Of a stretch of DNA of 64,000 nucleotides, positions 28,865 through 39,500 are shown piece after piece (positions within the stretch are counted from its first letter, which is position 1; each line of letters opens with the position of its first letter). Both the position numbers and the translations under genes were made by a program. The notes below the pieces were generated by a model. The model made no database searches and had not been told where the DNA came from. It saw nothing but the letters and a program-made list of their open reading frames with translations. The DNA comes from Thermoleophilia bacterium (lineage in GTDB: Bacteria; Actinomycetota; Thermoleophilia; UBA2241): NCBI GenBank assembly GCA_017882325.1, contig JADGPQ010000001.1:541-64540 (forward strand), written 5' to 3'.

Positions 28865-29932
28865 TCAGGCGTGCCGGGCGCAGCGCTCGCGCGCCAAGAC
28901 GAGGTACTCTTCTGCTACGTCGATACCGATGGAGCGGCGCCCCAGCGCCATCGCCACGCACATCGCGGTCCCGGTGCCGCAGAAGGGGTCGAGCAGCACG
29001 CCTCCGGGCGGGCACGTGGCGAGGATGGGGATGCGGCAGAGATCGGCCGGGAACGGCGCGAAGTGCGCCGAGCGGCCCTGCGTGTCCTCGGGCATGATGT
29101 CCCAGACGTCGCCGGGCTTGGCGCCGCCGGGATGGTAGCGGAGAAAGTAGAAGCCGCGCTCCTGCAACTCCCTGGCGCGGCCCGACACGGCCGTCTCGTT
29201 GGAGTGCGTCGTGCGCTGCTGGCCGCGTACGACCATGCGAAAGTCGGCGAGGCGGCCGGCACCGACCTCAGCCAGCATCCCGTCGAGGGCGGCTTCCGCC
29301 GCCGCTTTCTCCGCCGCGCTCAGCGCCGTTGAAAGCTCGATCTGCCGCCGGTAGCGCACGCCGCGCACGCCGGTGGCCGAGACCACGGCGCCGCCGACCA
29401 CGCGCGCGGCGCGCGGCGCGCGGCGCACGGCGTCGGCGTCGTAGTAGTACCCCTTGGGCTGCGCGACGAAGTGGAACAGCAGCTCGTGCACGTTGCGCAG
29501 CCGGTCGCGGCTGTTGTCCGGGCCGCCCTTGACCTTGTGCCACACCACGCTGTTGCGAAGCGTCCAGTGCTGCTCGTCGGTGAGGTGGAAGGCGACCCGC
29601 CACGGGATGCCCAGCTGGCGCTTGCCGCGGTAGGTGTCTCCGAGGTTGAGCCAGAGCGAGCCGGTCGGTCGCAGCACGCGCCGGAGCTCGGCGGTGACGG
29701 CGCCGAGTGCCGCCAAGTAGTCCTGCCAGCGGCCCTCGGCGCCGAGGCCGCCGCCGGCGTAGCGCCGGTGGCCGAAGTACGGCGGGCTCGTGAGGCAGCA
29801 ATCCACGGAGCCGGTGGGGAAGAGGCGCAGTGTCTCGAGGCCGTCTCCGCAGAGAAAGAGCGGCTGCGAGTCGCGGCCCGCCAGATACTCCGCCAGGCCG
29901 CCGTGCCCCGCGTCGCTGTGCGCCCGGCTCAC
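28865..29932 (-). CDS. DNA methyltransferase, N-4/N-6 family (beta class; SPPY motif suggests N4-cytosine)
   Basis: motif IV TSPPY early, motif I FCGTGT near C-terminus (beta-class order); GTG start overlaps GT4 stop (GTGA). Confidence 0.8.
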   Translation of the reverse strand: MSRAHSDAGHGGLAEYLAGRDSQPLFLCGDGLETLRLFPTGSVDCCLTSPPYFGHRRYAGGGLGAEGRWQDYLAALGAVTAELRRVLRPTGSLWLNLGDTYRGKRQLGIPWRVAFHLTDEQHWTLRNSVVWHKVKGGPDNSRDRLRNVHELLFHFVAQPKGYYYDADAVRRAPRAARVVGGAVVSATGVRGVRYRRQIELSTALSAAEKAAAEAALDGMLAEVGAGRLADFRMVVRGQQRTTHSNETAVSGRARELQERGFYFLRYHPGGAKPGDVWDIMPEDTQGRSAHFAPFPADLCRIPILATCPPGGVLLDPFCGTGTAMCVAMALGRRSIGIDVAEEYLVLARERCARHA

Positions 29933-30954
29933 GCTCCGAGCACGCGCCGGTAGATCGCCTCGTAGTCGGCGACCATGCGCTCCACGGTGAAACGCTCCTC
30001 CACCGTGCGTCGGCAGACGGCGGGGTCGATCTCGCCGACGCGGCCCAGCGCGGCGACGAACTCCTCGAAGGTGTCGCAGACGAAGCCGGTCTTGCCGTCG
30101 TCGAGCACCTCGGGCACCGAGCCCTGCCGCAGCGCGACGACCGGAGTCCCGGTGGCCATGGCCTCGATCATCACGAGGCCGAAGGGCTCGGGCCAGGTGA
30201 TGGGGAAGACGAACGCCTTGGCGTGCGCGAACAGCTCGCGCTTGCGCGCGTCGCTCACCTCGCCCTCATAGACGATCTGTTCGCCGTCGACGAGCGGCTC
30301 GACCTTCTCTTCGAAGTAGTCTCGGTAGGGCTCCTGGAGCACGCCGGCCATGATGAGCTTGTGACCCGTGCGCTTGGCGGCCGCGATCGCCAGGTGGAAA
30401 CCCTTGGCTTCGCACACCCTGCCGAAGGCGAGCAGGTAGTCGCCTTTCTGCGGCGTGTACGGCCACTGCTCGACGGCGATGGCGTTGTAGGCGAGGCCGG
30501 CCCAGTTCATGCCGGCCGGCCCCATGGACTGCTGGTACTCGCTGATGCCGATGTAGGCGACCTCGTTCTGGAACTGCTCGTAGAAGCCGTACGCCTGGTC
30601 GTCGAAGGCGCAGTGGACCGTGTGCACCATGGGAGCCGCGAGGTAGCGGCTGAAGGCGATGCCGAGGAAGCCGGAGTGGTCGTGGATGAGGTCGAAGTCG
30701 CCCTGCTCGATGTCGGCGAAAGCGAACGATACGTGGCGCGCGTCATAGCTCGTCTGGCCCAGCACCTCGGGCATCTGCCGCGGGAAGAGGGCGCAGAGCT
30801 CGGCGGCCGTGTGGGAATCGCCGGTAGCGTACAGCACGACCTCGTGCCCTCGCGCGACGAGGCCGTCGCAGAGCTGCTGCACGACCCACTCCGTGCCGCC
30901 GTAGCCGGCGGGCGGGACGGTGATCCACGGTGGGGCGATCTGGGCGATGCGCAT
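29929..30954 (-). CDS. glycosyltransferase family 4 protein
   Basis: GT4 EX7E-type C-terminal region (WPEPFGLVMIEAMATGTPVVA), N-terminal GYGGTEWVV; ATG 30954. Confidence 0.75.
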   Translation of the reverse strand: MRIAQIAPPWITVPPAGYGGTEWVVQQLCDGLVARGHEVVLYATGDSHTAAELCALFPRQMPEVLGQTSYDARHVSFAFADIEQGDFDLIHDHSGFLGIAFSRYLAAPMVHTVHCAFDDQAYGFYEQFQNEVAYIGISEYQQSMGPAGMNWAGLAYNAIAVEQWPYTPQKGDYLLAFGRVCEAKGFHLAIAAAKRTGHKLIMAGVLQEPYRDYFEEKVEPLVDGEQIVYEGEVSDARKRELFAHAKAFVFPITWPEPFGLVMIEAMATGTPVVALRQGSVPEVLDDGKTGFVCDTFEEFVAALGRVGEIDPAVCRRTVEERFTVERMVADYEAIYRRVLGA

Positions 30955-31045
30955 GCCGGCATTGTATAGGACGCCGCCCGGACTGCCGACGTTCTTGCGC
31001 TCGCGGTCTGTCCAACTCCGGCGTCGGAAGGGTAGAGTGTCGGGG

Positions 31046-32311
31046 ATGATCCTGTACCTCGACTGCGCGAACGGCATCAGCGGCGACATGCTCGTGGCCG
31101 CGCTGCTCGCCGTGTCCGGCGCGCGGCCTGACGACCCCGGCCCGCTGGACGACGTCGTGCGGCCGGCGCTGGCGGCTGCCGGCATCGACCCACGGCTGGT
31201 CGCCCTCCAGGAGGTGCGCCGCGGCGGCTTCGCGGCGCTGTCGTTCCGGGTCTCGGACGGCCCGGGCTTCGCCACCTTCGACGAGCTGATCATGTCGATG
31301 TACGCGTCGGACCTGGAGCAGCCCGTGACCGACGCCGTCGCCTCGATCGCGGAGCGCATGGCGGCCGCCGAGGCCGAGATCCACGGCCGCGACGAGGAGC
31401 ACCTGCACGAGCTCGGCGGCATCGACACGGCCGTCGACCTGATCAGCGCCGTGTCGCTGCTCCACCGCCTTGCGCCGGAGCGCGTCGTGGCCTCGCCGCC
31501 GGCGCTGGGCGACGGGTCGATCGAGACGGCGCACGGCGTGCTGCCGGTGCCGGCGCCGGCCGTGCTGTCCTTGCTCGCAGGCCTGCCTACGGCCGGCGGA
31601 CCCGCGGCGCCCGGCGGGCAGCCGCTGGGCGAGCTCACGACGCCCACGGGCGCCGCGCTGCTCGCTCATTTCGCGGAGGAGTTCACGGGCCTGCCGGCGG
31701 GCCGTATCGAGCTCACCGGCTACGGCGCCGGGACGCGTGACGTCCCCGGCCGGCCGAACGTGCTGCGCGCCGTGTGCGTCGAGCCGCCGGCCGCCGGAGA
31801 GGCGAGCGCGGATGCCGGAGCCGCGGAGGCCGGGGCGGATGCCGCCTTCGGCGGCCATGGCCCCGGCGGCCACGTGCTGCTCGAGACCAGCATCGACGAC
31901 TTGAGCCCGGAGCTGCTGGCGCACGCCGCCGACACGCTGCGCGAAGCCGGTGCCGTCGATGTGTGGATGAGCCAGGCGCTCATGAAGAAGGGCCGCCCGG
32001 GCGTGGTGCTGCACGTGCTGACCGCCGCCGCGGACCGCGATCGACTGGCCGGTCTCATCCTCGCCGAGACCTCGACCTTCGGGCTGCGCGTGGTGCCGTG
32101 CGGGCGCCTGTACGCTGAGGAGCGGCACGAGACGATCAAGATCGGCAAGCTCGAGGTGGCGGTGCGATTGGGCTTCGTGGACGGAAAGCTCGCCACCGTC
32201 TCGCCTGAGTTCGAGGATGTGCGTCGCGTGGCGGCCGCCGTCGGGCGGCCGGCCAAGGTCGTGTACGAGGCCGCCCAGTCGGCGGCGCGCACGCGGTTCA
32301 GCGGCGCCTGA
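31046..32311 (+). CDS. larC: LarC family nickel-insertion protein (nickel-pincer nucleotide cofactor biosynthesis, DUF111)
   Basis: MILYLDCANGISGDM N-terminus diagnostic of LarC; TAGAGT -10-like box upstream. Confidence 0.75.
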   Translation: MILYLDCANGISGDMLVAALLAVSGARPDDPGPLDDVVRPALAAAGIDPRLVALQEVRRGGFAALSFRVSDGPGFATFDELIMSMYASDLEQPVTDAVASIAERMAAAEAEIHGRDEEHLHELGGIDTAVDLISAVSLLHRLAPERVVASPPALGDGSIETAHGVLPVPAPAVLSLLAGLPTAGGPAAPGGQPLGELTTPTGAALLAHFAEEFTGLPAGRIELTGYGAGTRDVPGRPNVLRAVCVEPPAAGEASADAGAAEAGADAAFGGHGPGGHVLLETSIDDLSPELLAHAADTLREAGAVDVWMSQALMKKGRPGVVLHVLTAAADRDRLAGLILAETSTFGLRVVPCGRLYAEERHETIKIGKLEVAVRLGFVDGKLATVSPEFEDVRRVAAAVGRPAKVVYEAAQSAARTRFSGA

Positions 32312-32492
32312 GGCCGGAGCTTGTGCGCCGTCCCGGCGCCGTCGTCCGTCCGGCCCTTTCCGCCCCTTGACCAAATTGACCCTCTCGAATACGCACCTGT
32401 AGAATCCATCACAAAGCTCCGCTTCGTCGTGCCACCCGGCACAGGCTCCCCCCAGTGAGACGCGCGGAAGAGTGGAAACAAAGGAGGACGCG

Positions 32493-34211
32493 TTGACATC
32501 GTCTGCGAAGCCCGTTCGCAAATCCCCGGTGCCGAGCGATATCGAGATCGCCCAGGCCGCCACCATGCAGCCCATCCAGGCGATCGCCAAGAATGCGGGC
32601 ATCCTGGAGGACGAGCTCGAGCTGTACGGTCGCTACAAGGCCAAGATCGACTACATGGCCCTGCTCGAGCGCCTCAAGGACAAGCCCGACGGCAAGATCA
32701 TCAACGTCACCGCCATCACCCCGACGCCGCTGGGCGAGGGCAAGACCGTTACCGCCATCGGGCTTACCGAGTCGATGAACGCCATCGGCATCGATACGAT
32801 GCTCGCCCTGCGCGAGCCGTCGCTCGGCCCGGTCTTCGGCATCAAGGGCGGCGCTGCCGGCGGCGGGTACTCGCAGGTCGTCCCGATGGAGGACATCAAC
32901 CTCCACTTCACCGGCGACATCCATGCAGTCGGCGTAGCCAACAACCTGCTCGCCGCCATGGTCGACACCCATCTCATGCACGGCAATGCTCTCGCGATCG
33001 ACCCTCTGAGCATCTCCTGGCGCCGCGTCGTCGATCTCAACGATCGCGCCATGCGCGAGATCGTCAACGGCCTGGGCGGCACGCTCAACGGGATCCCGCG
33101 CCAAACGGGCTATGACATCACAGTCGCCAGCGAGGTCATGGCTATCCTCGGCCTCGCCACCTCACTGAAGGACCTGCGCGAGCGCCTCGGTCGCATCACC
33201 TTCGGCTACAGTACTGCGGGAAAGCCGCTGACCGCCGACGACATCGGTGCCGGCGGCGCCATGGCGGTGCTGCTCAAGGACGCCATCAAGCCCAACCTCG
33301 TGCAGACGCTCGAGGGCAATGCCTGCCTCGTCCACGCCGGTCCGTTCGCCAATATCGCCCAGGGCAACAACTCGATCATCGCCGACAAGGTCGCCATGAA
33401 GCTGGCCGACTACGTCGTCACCGAGTCGGGCTTCGGCGCCGATCTGGGCTCCGAGAAGTTCATGGACATCATCTGCCGCTACGGCGGGTTCGAGCCGAGC
33501 TGTGTGGTCATCACCTGCACCATGCGGGCCCTGAAGATGCACGGCGGCCTGCCGGTCGACCCCGAGCTGCTCAAGGCCGAGAACAACGCCGCCCTCGAAA
33601 AGGGCTGCGAGAACCTCGCCAAGCAGGTCGAGAACATGAAGCTTTTCGGCATCCCCGTGGTGGTCACGATCAACCGCTTCGCCTTCGACCGCGACAGCGA
33701 GGTCGAGATCGTGCGCAGGGAGGCCATCGCGGCCGGCGCCGAAGACGCCGTGCCGATCGACGTCCACGCCCTGGGCGGCGACGGCGCCCAGGAGGCCGCC
33801 GAGATCGTCAAGGCGGCCGCCGACAAGGGCGGCGACTTCAAGTTCCTCTACTCGCTCGACGCCTCCATCAAGGAGAAGATAGAGACCATCGCCACCAAGG
33901 TCTACGGCGCCGACGGCGTGGACTACCTGCCGGATGCCGAGGCCAAGATCAAGCAGTTCACCGAGCAGGGCCTGGACAAGCTGCCGCTGTGCATGGCCAA
34001 GACGCACCTCTCGCTCAGTCACGACCCTGCGCTCAAGGGCCGGCCGCGCGGCTTCCGCGTGCCGATCCGCGACATCAGGCCGGCCACCGGCGCCGGGTAC
34101 TTGTACCCGCTGCTCGGCGAGATGCGCACGATGCCGGGCCTGGCCAAGCGGCCGGCCGCCGTCGACGTCGACATCGACGTCGAGACCGGCCGCATCATCG
34201 GCCTGTTCTAG
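32493..34211 (+). CDS. fhs: formate--tetrahydrofolate ligase
   Basis: SDIEIAQ N-terminus and PTPLGEGKTVTAIGL P-loop; AAGGAGG RBS 5 nt before TTG 32493 (alt GTG 32472); ends TAG. Confidence 0.9.
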   Translation: MTSSAKPVRKSPVPSDIEIAQAATMQPIQAIAKNAGILEDELELYGRYKAKIDYMALLERLKDKPDGKIINVTAITPTPLGEGKTVTAIGLTESMNAIGIDTMLALREPSLGPVFGIKGGAAGGGYSQVVPMEDINLHFTGDIHAVGVANNLLAAMVDTHLMHGNALAIDPLSISWRRVVDLNDRAMREIVNGLGGTLNGIPRQTGYDITVASEVMAILGLATSLKDLRERLGRITFGYSTAGKPLTADDIGAGGAMAVLLKDAIKPNLVQTLEGNACLVHAGPFANIAQGNNSIIADKVAMKLADYVVTESGFGADLGSEKFMDIICRYGGFEPSCVVITCTMRALKMHGGLPVDPELLKAENNAALEKGCENLAKQVENMKLFGIPVVVTINRFAFDRDSEVEIVRREAIAAGAEDAVPIDVHALGGDGAQEAAEIVKAAADKGGDFKFLYSLDASIKEKIETIATKVYGADGVDYLPDAEAKIKQFTEQGLDKLPLCMAKTHLSLSHDPALKGRPRGFRVPIRDIRPATGAGYLYPLLGEMRTMPGLAKRPAAVDVDIDVETGRIIGLF

Positions 34212-34339
34212 AACCTGACCTGCGGGTGATGCCCGGGGCGGGCCGGCGCTGCCGGCCCGCCCCGCGGCGCCGCCCAAAGGGCCGCGGCACGCGGCCCTCG
34301 GGCGGCGCCGGCCATCCCTGCCGTACTCGGAGGTACACG

Positions 34340-34981
34340 TTGAGCGACGCTCCCACCATGTATTGCATCGAACCGCTGCAGGTCTACCTTGACGACGCTG
34401 CCGCCAACAAGCCGGCGCCCGGCGGCGGCAGCGTGTCCGCCTGCGCCGGCGCTCTCGGCGCCGCCCTTGTCTCGATGGTCTGCAATCTCACCCGCGGGCG
34501 CGAGAAGTTCGCCGGCGTCGAGGCCCAGATGATCACGCTGGTCGCGGCGTCCGAGGCCGCGCGCGGTCGCCTCGAGCAACTCCTACAGGAAGACACCACC
34601 GCCTACAACGGCGTCATCGCCGCCTACAAGATGCCCAAGGAGACGGCCGAGGAGCAGGCGGCGCGCAGCCAGGCCATCCAGGATGGCCTGATCATCGCCG
34701 CCGACGTGCCGCTCGAGATCTGCGGCGTCGCGGTGGAGGTGTGCCGCCTCTCCAAGGTCGCGGCCGGCCTCGGCAATCCGCAGGCGGTCACCGACGCCGG
34801 CATCGGCGCTATCCTCGGCGAGGCCGCCGTGGTGGGCGCCGCGCTCAACGTCAGGATCAACCTCGGCTCCATCAAGGATCAGGCGTACGTGCAGTCGGCC
34901 GCCGCCCGGATCGACGAGATCCAGGCCGAGGCCGCGGCGCTGCGCGCAGAGGTCCTGGCCATCACGCTCTCCAAGCTCTAG
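34340..34981 (+). CDS. cyclodeaminase/cyclohydrolase family protein (FtcD C-terminal domain-like; methenyl-THF cyclohydrolase candidate)
   Basis: helical FTCD_C-like sequence; GGAGG RBS 6 nt before TTG 34340 (alt ATG 34358); ends TAG. Confidence 0.65.
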   Translation: MSDAPTMYCIEPLQVYLDDAAANKPAPGGGSVSACAGALGAALVSMVCNLTRGREKFAGVEAQMITLVAASEAARGRLEQLLQEDTTAYNGVIAAYKMPKETAEEQAARSQAIQDGLIIAADVPLEICGVAVEVCRLSKVAAGLGNPQAVTDAGIGAILGEAAVVGAALNVRINLGSIKDQAYVQSAAARIDEIQAEAAALRAEVLAITLSKL

Positions 34982-35013
34982 ACCAACCTCCGACGACACA
35001 CGGAAGGGATGCC

Positions 35014-35871
35014 ATGGCAGCTCAGATCATCGACGGCAAGGCGATCGCCGCACAGGTACGCGAAGAGATCAAGGCCGAGGTCGCCGCGCTCGCGACGTGC
35101 GGAGTGAAGCCCGGCGTCGCCACCATCCTGGTGGGCGACGACGGCGGCGCGCAGTTCTACCGCGGCCAGATCGAGAAGAACACCGGCACGGTCGGCTTCA
35201 ACTACTACAACAGCACCTTGCCCGACGGCACCAGCGAAGAAGAAGTCCTCGCCCTCATCGACAAGCTCAACAACGACGCCCACGTGCACGGCATCCTGGC
35301 GCTGATGCCTATGGCCGGTGGCATCGACCAGAACAAGGTCTTCAACGCCATCTCGCCGGTCAAGGACCTCGACTGCGTCAACCCGGCCAACATCGGCCAC
35401 GTACTGCTCGGCGACCAGCTGTTCGCGCCGGCGACGCCCTCGGCCTGCATGGAGATCCTCGACCGTGAGGGCGTGGAGCTGCAGGGCCTCGACGTCACTA
35501 TCGTCAACCACTCCAACATCGTCGGAAAGCCAGTCGCGCTGCTGTGCCTCAACCGCAATGCCTCGGTCCACGTCGTGCACGTGTTCAGCAAGGACGTGCC
35601 CGCCGCCTGCCGCGAGGCCGACGTCCTCATCAGCGCAGCGCCGGTGCGCAACCTCATCAAGAGGGACATGGTGAAGCCGGGCGCCGTGGTGATCGACGTC
35701 ACCACCATGCGTGGTGACGATGGCAAGCAGGTCGGCAGCCTGGAGTGGGAAGGCGTCCTCGAGGTCGCCGGCAGCGCCACGCCGGTGCCCGGCGGCGTGG
35801 GCCCCGTGACCAACGTGATGCTGCTGAAGAACGCGCTTGCGGCCTGCAAGGCGCAGAGCGCGTGCGCCTAG
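35014..35871 (+). CDS. folD: bifunctional methylene-THF dehydrogenase / methenyl-THF cyclohydrolase
   Basis: MAAQIIDGKAIA...ATILVGDDG... FolD hallmark N-terminus and NAD(P) domain; ends TAG. Confidence 0.9.
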   Translation: MAAQIIDGKAIAAQVREEIKAEVAALATCGVKPGVATILVGDDGGAQFYRGQIEKNTGTVGFNYYNSTLPDGTSEEEVLALIDKLNNDAHVHGILALMPMAGGIDQNKVFNAISPVKDLDCVNPANIGHVLLGDQLFAPATPSACMEILDREGVELQGLDVTIVNHSNIVGKPVALLCLNRNASVHVVHVFSKDVPAACREADVLISAAPVRNLIKRDMVKPGAVVIDVTTMRGDDGKQVGSLEWEGVLEVAGSATPVPGGVGPVTNVMLLKNALAACKAQSACA

Positions 35872-36055
35872 CAGCCAAGAGGAGCAACGCTGCGAGGTGC
35901 ACGCACATTGATGTATTCTTTTCCTTACTACTGATGGTGGTTAAGCTCATAACCTTCACGCCTCGCGTGGGTCCTGGCTCCATCGGTCCCGCGCGTGCCA
36001 GGCCAAGCCTGCCATCTCGTGCGCGAGATGGGCGTCTTCGAACCGGAGGATCATC

Positions 36056-36598
36056 ATGCCGCGTCGCGTGCTGACCCCCGAGCGCGAGCTCGAGGGCCGG
36101 GAGGGAGCGGGCTCCTCGCTCGATCTCACACCGCTCGCGGAGATCGTCGCCGAGCACTACGCGTCGTCGGGCGACCTGATCCCCGTCCTCCAAAGAGCCC
36201 AGCGCCACTTCGGCTACTTGCCCGATGAGGTCGTCACCGAGATCGCACGTCTCACGCGCTTGCCCGCCTCCCGCGCTTACGGCGTGATCACGTTCTACGC
36301 TCAGTTCTCGACGGTGCCCAGCGGGCGGCACAAGATCTGCGTCTGTCAAGGGACCGCATGCCACGTTCGCGGAGGTCACGGCGTCCTACGCGCGGTCGAA
36401 AGCGAGCTCGGCATCAAAGCCGGCACGACGAGCGACGACCTGGAGCACACGCTCGTGACCGCGGCCTGTCTGGGGGCTTGCTCGCTCGCTCCTGTGATGA
36501 CCGTCGACAGTCAGTACTTCGGCAAGCTGACAGGCGCCAAGGCGGCGGCGGCGCTGGAACGGATCGGCGGTGACGGCGGTGAGCTCGATGACGACTGA
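36056..36598 (+). CDS. NuoE/HoxE-family [2Fe-2S] thioredoxin-like subunit
   Basis: CxxxxC...CxxxC pattern (ICVCQGTACHVRGG ... CLGACSLAPV) of NADH dehydrogenase 24 kDa family. Confidence 0.8.
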   Translation: MPRRVLTPERELEGREGAGSSLDLTPLAEIVAEHYASSGDLIPVLQRAQRHFGYLPDEVVTEIARLTRLPASRAYGVITFYAQFSTVPSGRHKICVCQGTACHVRGGHGVLRAVESELGIKAGTTSDDLEHTLVTAACLGACSLAPVMTVDSQYFGKLTGAKAAAALERIGGDGGELDDD

Positions 36599-39500
36599 CA
36601 CCGATGCGCTCCCCCTGCCGTCGCGCCGGTTGACCTCGGTCGTCGCGCTGCAGGAATATCGTGACGTGGTGCGTGCTCGCCCGGAGGCCGAAAAGACCGT
36701 GCGTGTGTGCATGGACACCGGCTGTCGCGCGGGTGGCGGGGAGAACATCATGCGCGCCTTTGAGCGTGAACTCGAGCACCGCGGCCTCACAGGTTCGGTG
36801 GCCGTTCGGGCGACGGGCTGTCACGGATTCTGCGCCCGCGGTCCGGTCGTGGTCGTCGACCCGGAGGATGTCTTCTACCAGATGGTCGAGCCCGGCGACG
36901 TCCCCGACATCGTCGCCCAGACCATCGTCCGCGGTGAGGTCGTCTCGCGTCTGACCTATCACAGCGCCGACGGTTGCCCGACCGCGCGCCAGCCGGAAAT
37001 CCCTTTCTTCTCCGGGCAGAAGCGCGTGGTGCTGCGCAACTGTGGCACGATCGACCCGACGGACATCGACGCCTACATCGCGCGGGGCGGGTACGAGGCC
37101 TTGGCAAGGGCTCTCGAAGCGATGCCACCCGCTGATGTAGTCGAGACGGTCAAGGCGAGCGGGCTGCGCGGCCGCGGCGGTGGCGGCTTCCCTACGGGGC
37201 GCAAGTGGGAGCTCGCGGCCGCACAGCAGAGCGACAAGAAATACGTGATCTGCAACGCCGACGAAGGCGACCCTGGGGCGTTCATGGACCGCGGGCTCCT
37301 GGAGGGCGACACTCACGCCGTCATCGAGGGCATGTTGATCGGCGCCTATGCGATGGGCGCCGACGAGGGGTACGTCTACTGCCGCGCGGAGTACCCCGGC
37401 GCGATCAAGCATCTTCGCATCGCTCTGGACCAGGCCGAGGAGCGGGGGCTGCTGGGCAACGATATTCTCGGCAGTGGAGTCAACTTCCATCTCAAGGTCA
37501 AGGAAGGGGCCGGCGCTTTCGTCTGCGGGGAAGAGACGGCTTTGATCGCCAGCATAGAGGGCAAGCGCGGGATGCCACGCACGCGCCCGCCGTTCCCGGC
37601 GGTCAGCGGCCTGTGGGGCCGGCCCACGAACATCAACAACGTCGAGACGTGGGCCAACGTCCCTGCGATCATCGATCGCGGCGCCGAATGGTACCGGTCG
37701 ATGGGCACCGAGAACAGCCCGGGCACCAAGGTCTTCTCGCTGGCCGGCAAGCTCAACAACACGGGTCTCGTCGAGGTCCCCATGGGGGTCACCCTCCGTG
37801 AGCTCATCTTCGATATCGGCGGCGGGATCACGCGCAATCGGCATTTCAAGGCCGTCCAGATGGGTGGTCCGTCCGGAGGCTGCCTGAGCGAGCAGCATCT
37901 CGACTTACCGATCGACTACGACTCGCTCCGCAACGCCGGCGCGATCATGGGCTCCGGCGGGGTCATCGTCATGGACGAGACGACGTGCATGGTCGACCTG
38001 GCCCGGTTCTTCGTCAACTTCACGCAGGCCGAGTCGTGCGGCAAGTGCGTGCCGTGCCGGCTGGGCACCAAACGCATGCTTGAGATCCTCACCCGCATCA
38101 CGAACGGTGAGGGCACTATGGACGATCTCGGCCGCCTTGAGAAGCTGGCGCAAACGATCAAGGCTACGAGTCTGTGTGGGCTCGGCCAGACGGCCCCCAA
38201 CCCGGTGCTGTCGACGCTCAAGTACTTCCGCCACGAGTACGAAGCCCACATCCTCGACAAGCACTGTGCGGCTTGTCAGTGTGAGGGCCTGGTCAAGGCT
38301 CCCTGCAGTCACACCTGCCCGGCGGGGGTCGACACGGCGAGCTACCTCGCTCTGGTGGCCGCCGGGCAGTTCAAGGAGGCCATGGCGGTGCACATGGAGC
38401 GCAATCCGCTGCCCAGCATCTGCGGCCGCGTGTGCCATCATCCCTGTGAGTCCATGTGTAAGCGCGCCGAGCTCGATGATGCTGTGTCGGTGGCGGCTGT
38501 CAAGCGCTTCATGGGGGACATCGCTCCCTCGACCGAGATCGTGCGTCCTCGGCCGCTCGATCAGGGCAAACGTGTAGCGGTGGTGGGCTCTGGCCCGGCG
38601 GGGCTTTCGTGCGCCTATCAGCTCGCCTTGGCCGGCTTTCCCGTCACCATGTTCGAGGCTCTGTCCGTGGCCGGAGGGATGCTTGCCGTCGGTCTGCCCG
38701 CGTTCCGCATGCCCAAGGATGTCGTGGCGCGCGAGATCGAAGCCATCGCCGAGCTCGGGGTGGAGATACGCCTCGGCGAGGCGCTCGGACGCGACTTCTC
38801 GCTGGACTCGCTTCTCAGCGACGGCTACGAGGCGGTGTTCCTGGCTTTGGGCACGCACGTTTCCAATCCCCTCGACATCGAGAACGAGAACTCCCCGGGC
38901 GTCCTGGTCGGCTTGGAGTTCCTCCGAGACGTCAATCTCGACAACGGGGCCTCGGTGGGCGACTCGGTGGTGGTCGTCGGTGGCGGTTCAGTCGCCATGG
39001 ACGCGGCTCGTTGCGCGCTTCGCCTGCAGGCTATCGACGGTAGGGAGCGCGATGTCACGCTTGTGTACCGGCGCTCCCGCCACGAGATGCCGGCCTACGA
39101 GTGGGAGATCGTGGAGGGAGACGAGGAAGGTCTGAGGTTCGAGTATCTGGCGGCTCCAGCCCGCGTCTTGCTCGGCCAGGACGGCCGGGTGTCCGGGCTC
39201 GAGTGTGTGCGCATGGAGCTGGGCGAGCCCGACGAGAGCGGGCGCCGCCGTCCCCGCGCGGTGCCAGGCTCGGAGTTCGTCATCCCCTGCGACACGATCA
39301 TCCCGGCCGTCGGCCTGTCGGTCGATCTGAGCTGGCTGTCCGGCGAGCTCGCGGTCACTCCGCGGGGGACGATAGCGGCGGACAGGTTCGAGTTCCGGAC
39401 GTCCCATCCCAAAGTGTTTGCCGGTGGAGATTCGGTGCGGGGCCCATCGACCCTGATCGAGGCGATCGGGGATGGCCAGCGCGCGGCCTTCGCGATCGAG

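Noticed and set aside
28865-29932. Restriction-modification system
   Set aside because: Only the methyltransferase is present; none of the flanking genes resembles a restriction endonuclease.
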